Below are positions 61,195-64,000 of a DNA stretch of 64,000 nucleotides, in pieces. Under the pieces are notes generated by a model, which was not told the DNA's origin, did not search any database, and worked only from the letters and a program-made list of their open reading frames with translations. Source of the stretch: Narcine bancroftii (taxonomy: Eukaryota). The stretch lies in assembly GCF_036971445.1 (NCBI RefSeq), contig NC_091469.1:421476001-421540000 (forward strand). Direction: 5' to 3'. A program made the translations under genes and the position numbers. Position 1 is the first letter of the stretch. Each line of letters starts with the position of its first letter.

Positions 61195-64000
61195 GTAAGT
61201 CGTGTCCTTTATTCTGTTTATGTTTTAACATTTTTTTTTATTTCTTAAAACTGTCATAAATGTGATGAATAGCGCCCTTTAGTATTCAGATTTAAATCAC
61301 GGCATGTCTGTGATGGTGTTTAGTCAGTCTCTCGCGTGTCAGTAATATTTTAGATTTTTTCATGATTAATTGCAACAAATACAAACACATATGATGATGT
61401 TCTAGTTCACAGTATGTATGCCTGGATACCACAGTGTAGCTGTGCTGCTTTGTTCAATTTTCCTGTCGTTAATAAATCACTATCTCTTGCATGCGCAGGA
61501 CTGAAAGGCAACTGTAGGCAGAGGCTTTTTGGAAATGAAGAGGCATCAGCTAAATTCCTCTATGATTCATTAATTTGAGCGATTTACAATAAATGACAGA
61601 ATTATGGTACTCCAGCAAATATACTAACATATGTAATTCTGAACAAAGTGGAGGAGTTATTCTAACTGTATACTGCTTGGCTTGTGTCTAGATATAATGT
61701 GCAAACATGAATTGGACAATAGCAATACATATAAAGCTAAAGATTTGTACAGAAGCACCTGCATTTAATAAATTTTACCATAAATTTCTGACCTGCTGTT
61801 TTTCAAATATTTTATTCATTTATTTTAATCCGACGTTGGAACAAACTCTGAACTTATGTGGACGTAATTTGTCCTCGTGAAAGAATATATTCATTCTTTT
61901 CAATAATCTTGTTCTTATTTAATGGATAGCTTTGATGATGTTACCTGGCGAAAGGACATTCATAAAACGTGTATTTGTTTGCGCTCATAATTAAGTGCTG
62001 ATCCTAATATTTACAATAAAAGATCATTAGTAAAAGTACATAACACTTAATTAAATGTCTTATCGCTCCAGTCAAGTATATTTTATTATTCCTACTGTTC
62101 GTTATGATCAATCAAAACAAGATAATTGCAACAGTATACTGGCTGGTAGAATGCTGGAACTTCCGGCCTGGCATTCCAATAAAACACTTCTGTAATTGGA
62201 TCTACCTCCTAAAATTAGAACAGCACAACCATATCATGAGTTACTATTTTGGCAACCGATACACAATTCTTTAATTTAACAACAAATGCTTCTTTCAGAT
62301 CTGGAGCTCTCCATCAGAAACAAGACTAGCTTCATGATAACCAAATTGGACTTTGAGATGGGCTAGAGCCTGAAGTTATGAGGTAAAAATGCCTTACATG
62401 TAGTGCTGAAGTCCCTTATCTCGTTTCAGGTAGACTCATTTTATTTAACAGGTGGTTTGGTGCTACAGTTCATCGGAATCAGTGGACACTAAATGAAAAT
62501 GCCATTTATTTTTCAAACTCTGATATAAGACGAGAGGTTTTGTGCTCTCCGCAGAGCTGAGTCCTTCCATGTTAAAGTGTATTACCCAGTCGCAAAAGGT
62601 AGCCATGGAGCCATTTGAGAGTGTCATTTTGGTGTTTAGTTGAGGGAACAAAAGCCTTGGTTACTTCCTTTGTTTGGGGTTCACAGCAACCTTAAAGAAT
62701 TCACCAGAGCCACAACCCATACAACTTGATTTATTCTTAAAATCGTAGAATAAAATCGAAAGTACAACTCTGACTGTTTACAGGAAAACCAACTTTGAGA
62801 TACTATTACATATATTTTATATTTTTAATATTTTTCAGAAGTAACATTGATAGGGAAAGCTCATCTAATTGTAATTGCGCAGGGCAGTTATGTTCCTCTT
62901 CATGTTAAATAAAAGTGCTTTACGCACTCCCTCTTCATTATCTCTACAGTCCTCATGTTACTTCATGGCAAAACTCTCTAAAATCTATGTTTTTAAGTTA
63001 GCAAGCAAACCATTTCATTTGCACCAATTTATTGGAGCGAACACGCGACTTCCCAGCTATAATCAACACCATGCAATGAAAGGGATTGAAAGTACCACCA
63101 TGTTTCTTTGTTTAATTATTACTCGTTTTACAAGGAAATCAAAGAATCACTGTCTATTTCCATTTCCCTTGTTTTTCAATTTTATATAAATGTCTAAATA
63201 CGCCGAATTTCCGATTTGAATTGCAGTTTTAGCAGGAGGCAAGAGATCCACAAAGTTTAAAAAGTAAATATTCATTAACGGTCGCCTCGAATTAAAACAT
63301 AGTGATTGCAGAAACAACGATACTCGTCCGGGATGTGACATTTTCAATAGCACGTAAAATGGGAAGTCATGTGTACATTTTATTTATTTTAAAGAGATTG
63401 CTTGCAGTAAAGATTCACAAGAAAATAATTGATTGGGATAAAATGGCAAAGGCGTCTTGTATCTACCCGTTGACTCTTTAAAATCGAATGTATTAATGGC
63501 AATGAAGGAGCCCGCAGTAAGTCAAGTAAATAGTGTTGTCAGACTTTTACATTTTAGAAGTAACAAGAAAACTCAAATTTTCTGGTTAGTTTAGACTGTC
63601 GTTTGATAACTGGAGTAGTGCGGAATGAAGGGTGCAATAAATTAGACGAGCGCAAAGCTTTGTTGTGATGGGTCTGTCAATTGCACCCGCATGCAGAAAT
63701 TAGTTTCTTATATGACACTCTTAAAATGAAAGGAAGCTGAATTTTATTGATGCTGAGGTGCTTTATATTTAGAGACTTTCCCTTTAAGCTTACACCAGTT
63801 AGAATGAACCATATGCTATTGTTTTATTTGGATCTCTCGTTTGTTAAAACGTTCTTTTTATACATTTTCGCGTGTTCACCAGCTTTATGTGCATAAAACA
63901 AAAATGTGTATGAAATTCCAGTTTATCTGTTACTTTGGTGTTTTATATTTTCGTTCAAAGTTGTTTTGTTTTGGAGCAAACGGAGACCTATTATGCGATT

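Overview
This is vertebrate genomic DNA, the central part of a HoxA cluster, with every gene on the + strand. The order is HoxA11 (exon 2 only), HoxA10, miR-196, HoxA9, no intact paralog-8 gene, HoxA7, HoxA6, HoxA5 and HoxA4, followed by about 6.7 kb towards HoxA3, whose coding sequence is not reached. The six complete genes each have two exons and a phase-1 GT-AG intron between the hexapeptide (or just before the ANWL motif) and the homeobox. The protein sequences, the intact HoxA6 and HoxA7, the compact AT-rich spacing and a DeuSINE-like tail suggest a cartilaginous fish, probably a shark (inference). There are four N-gaps. Non-coding signals include CTCF motifs, DR5 and DR2 retinoic-acid response elements, clusters of miR-196 target sites, and promoter-like elements that end in splice donors. 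The most interesting candidates are a collinear set of degenerate Hox motifs where HoxA8 was lost, a decayed miR-10-like hairpin upstream of HoxA4, a perfect 44-bp direct repeat bracketing the A9-A7 CTCF site, and in-frame upstream exon/acceptor pairs for HoxA9 and HoxA6. All were found by eye and need computational checks. No prokaryotic-type system such as CRISPR is present.
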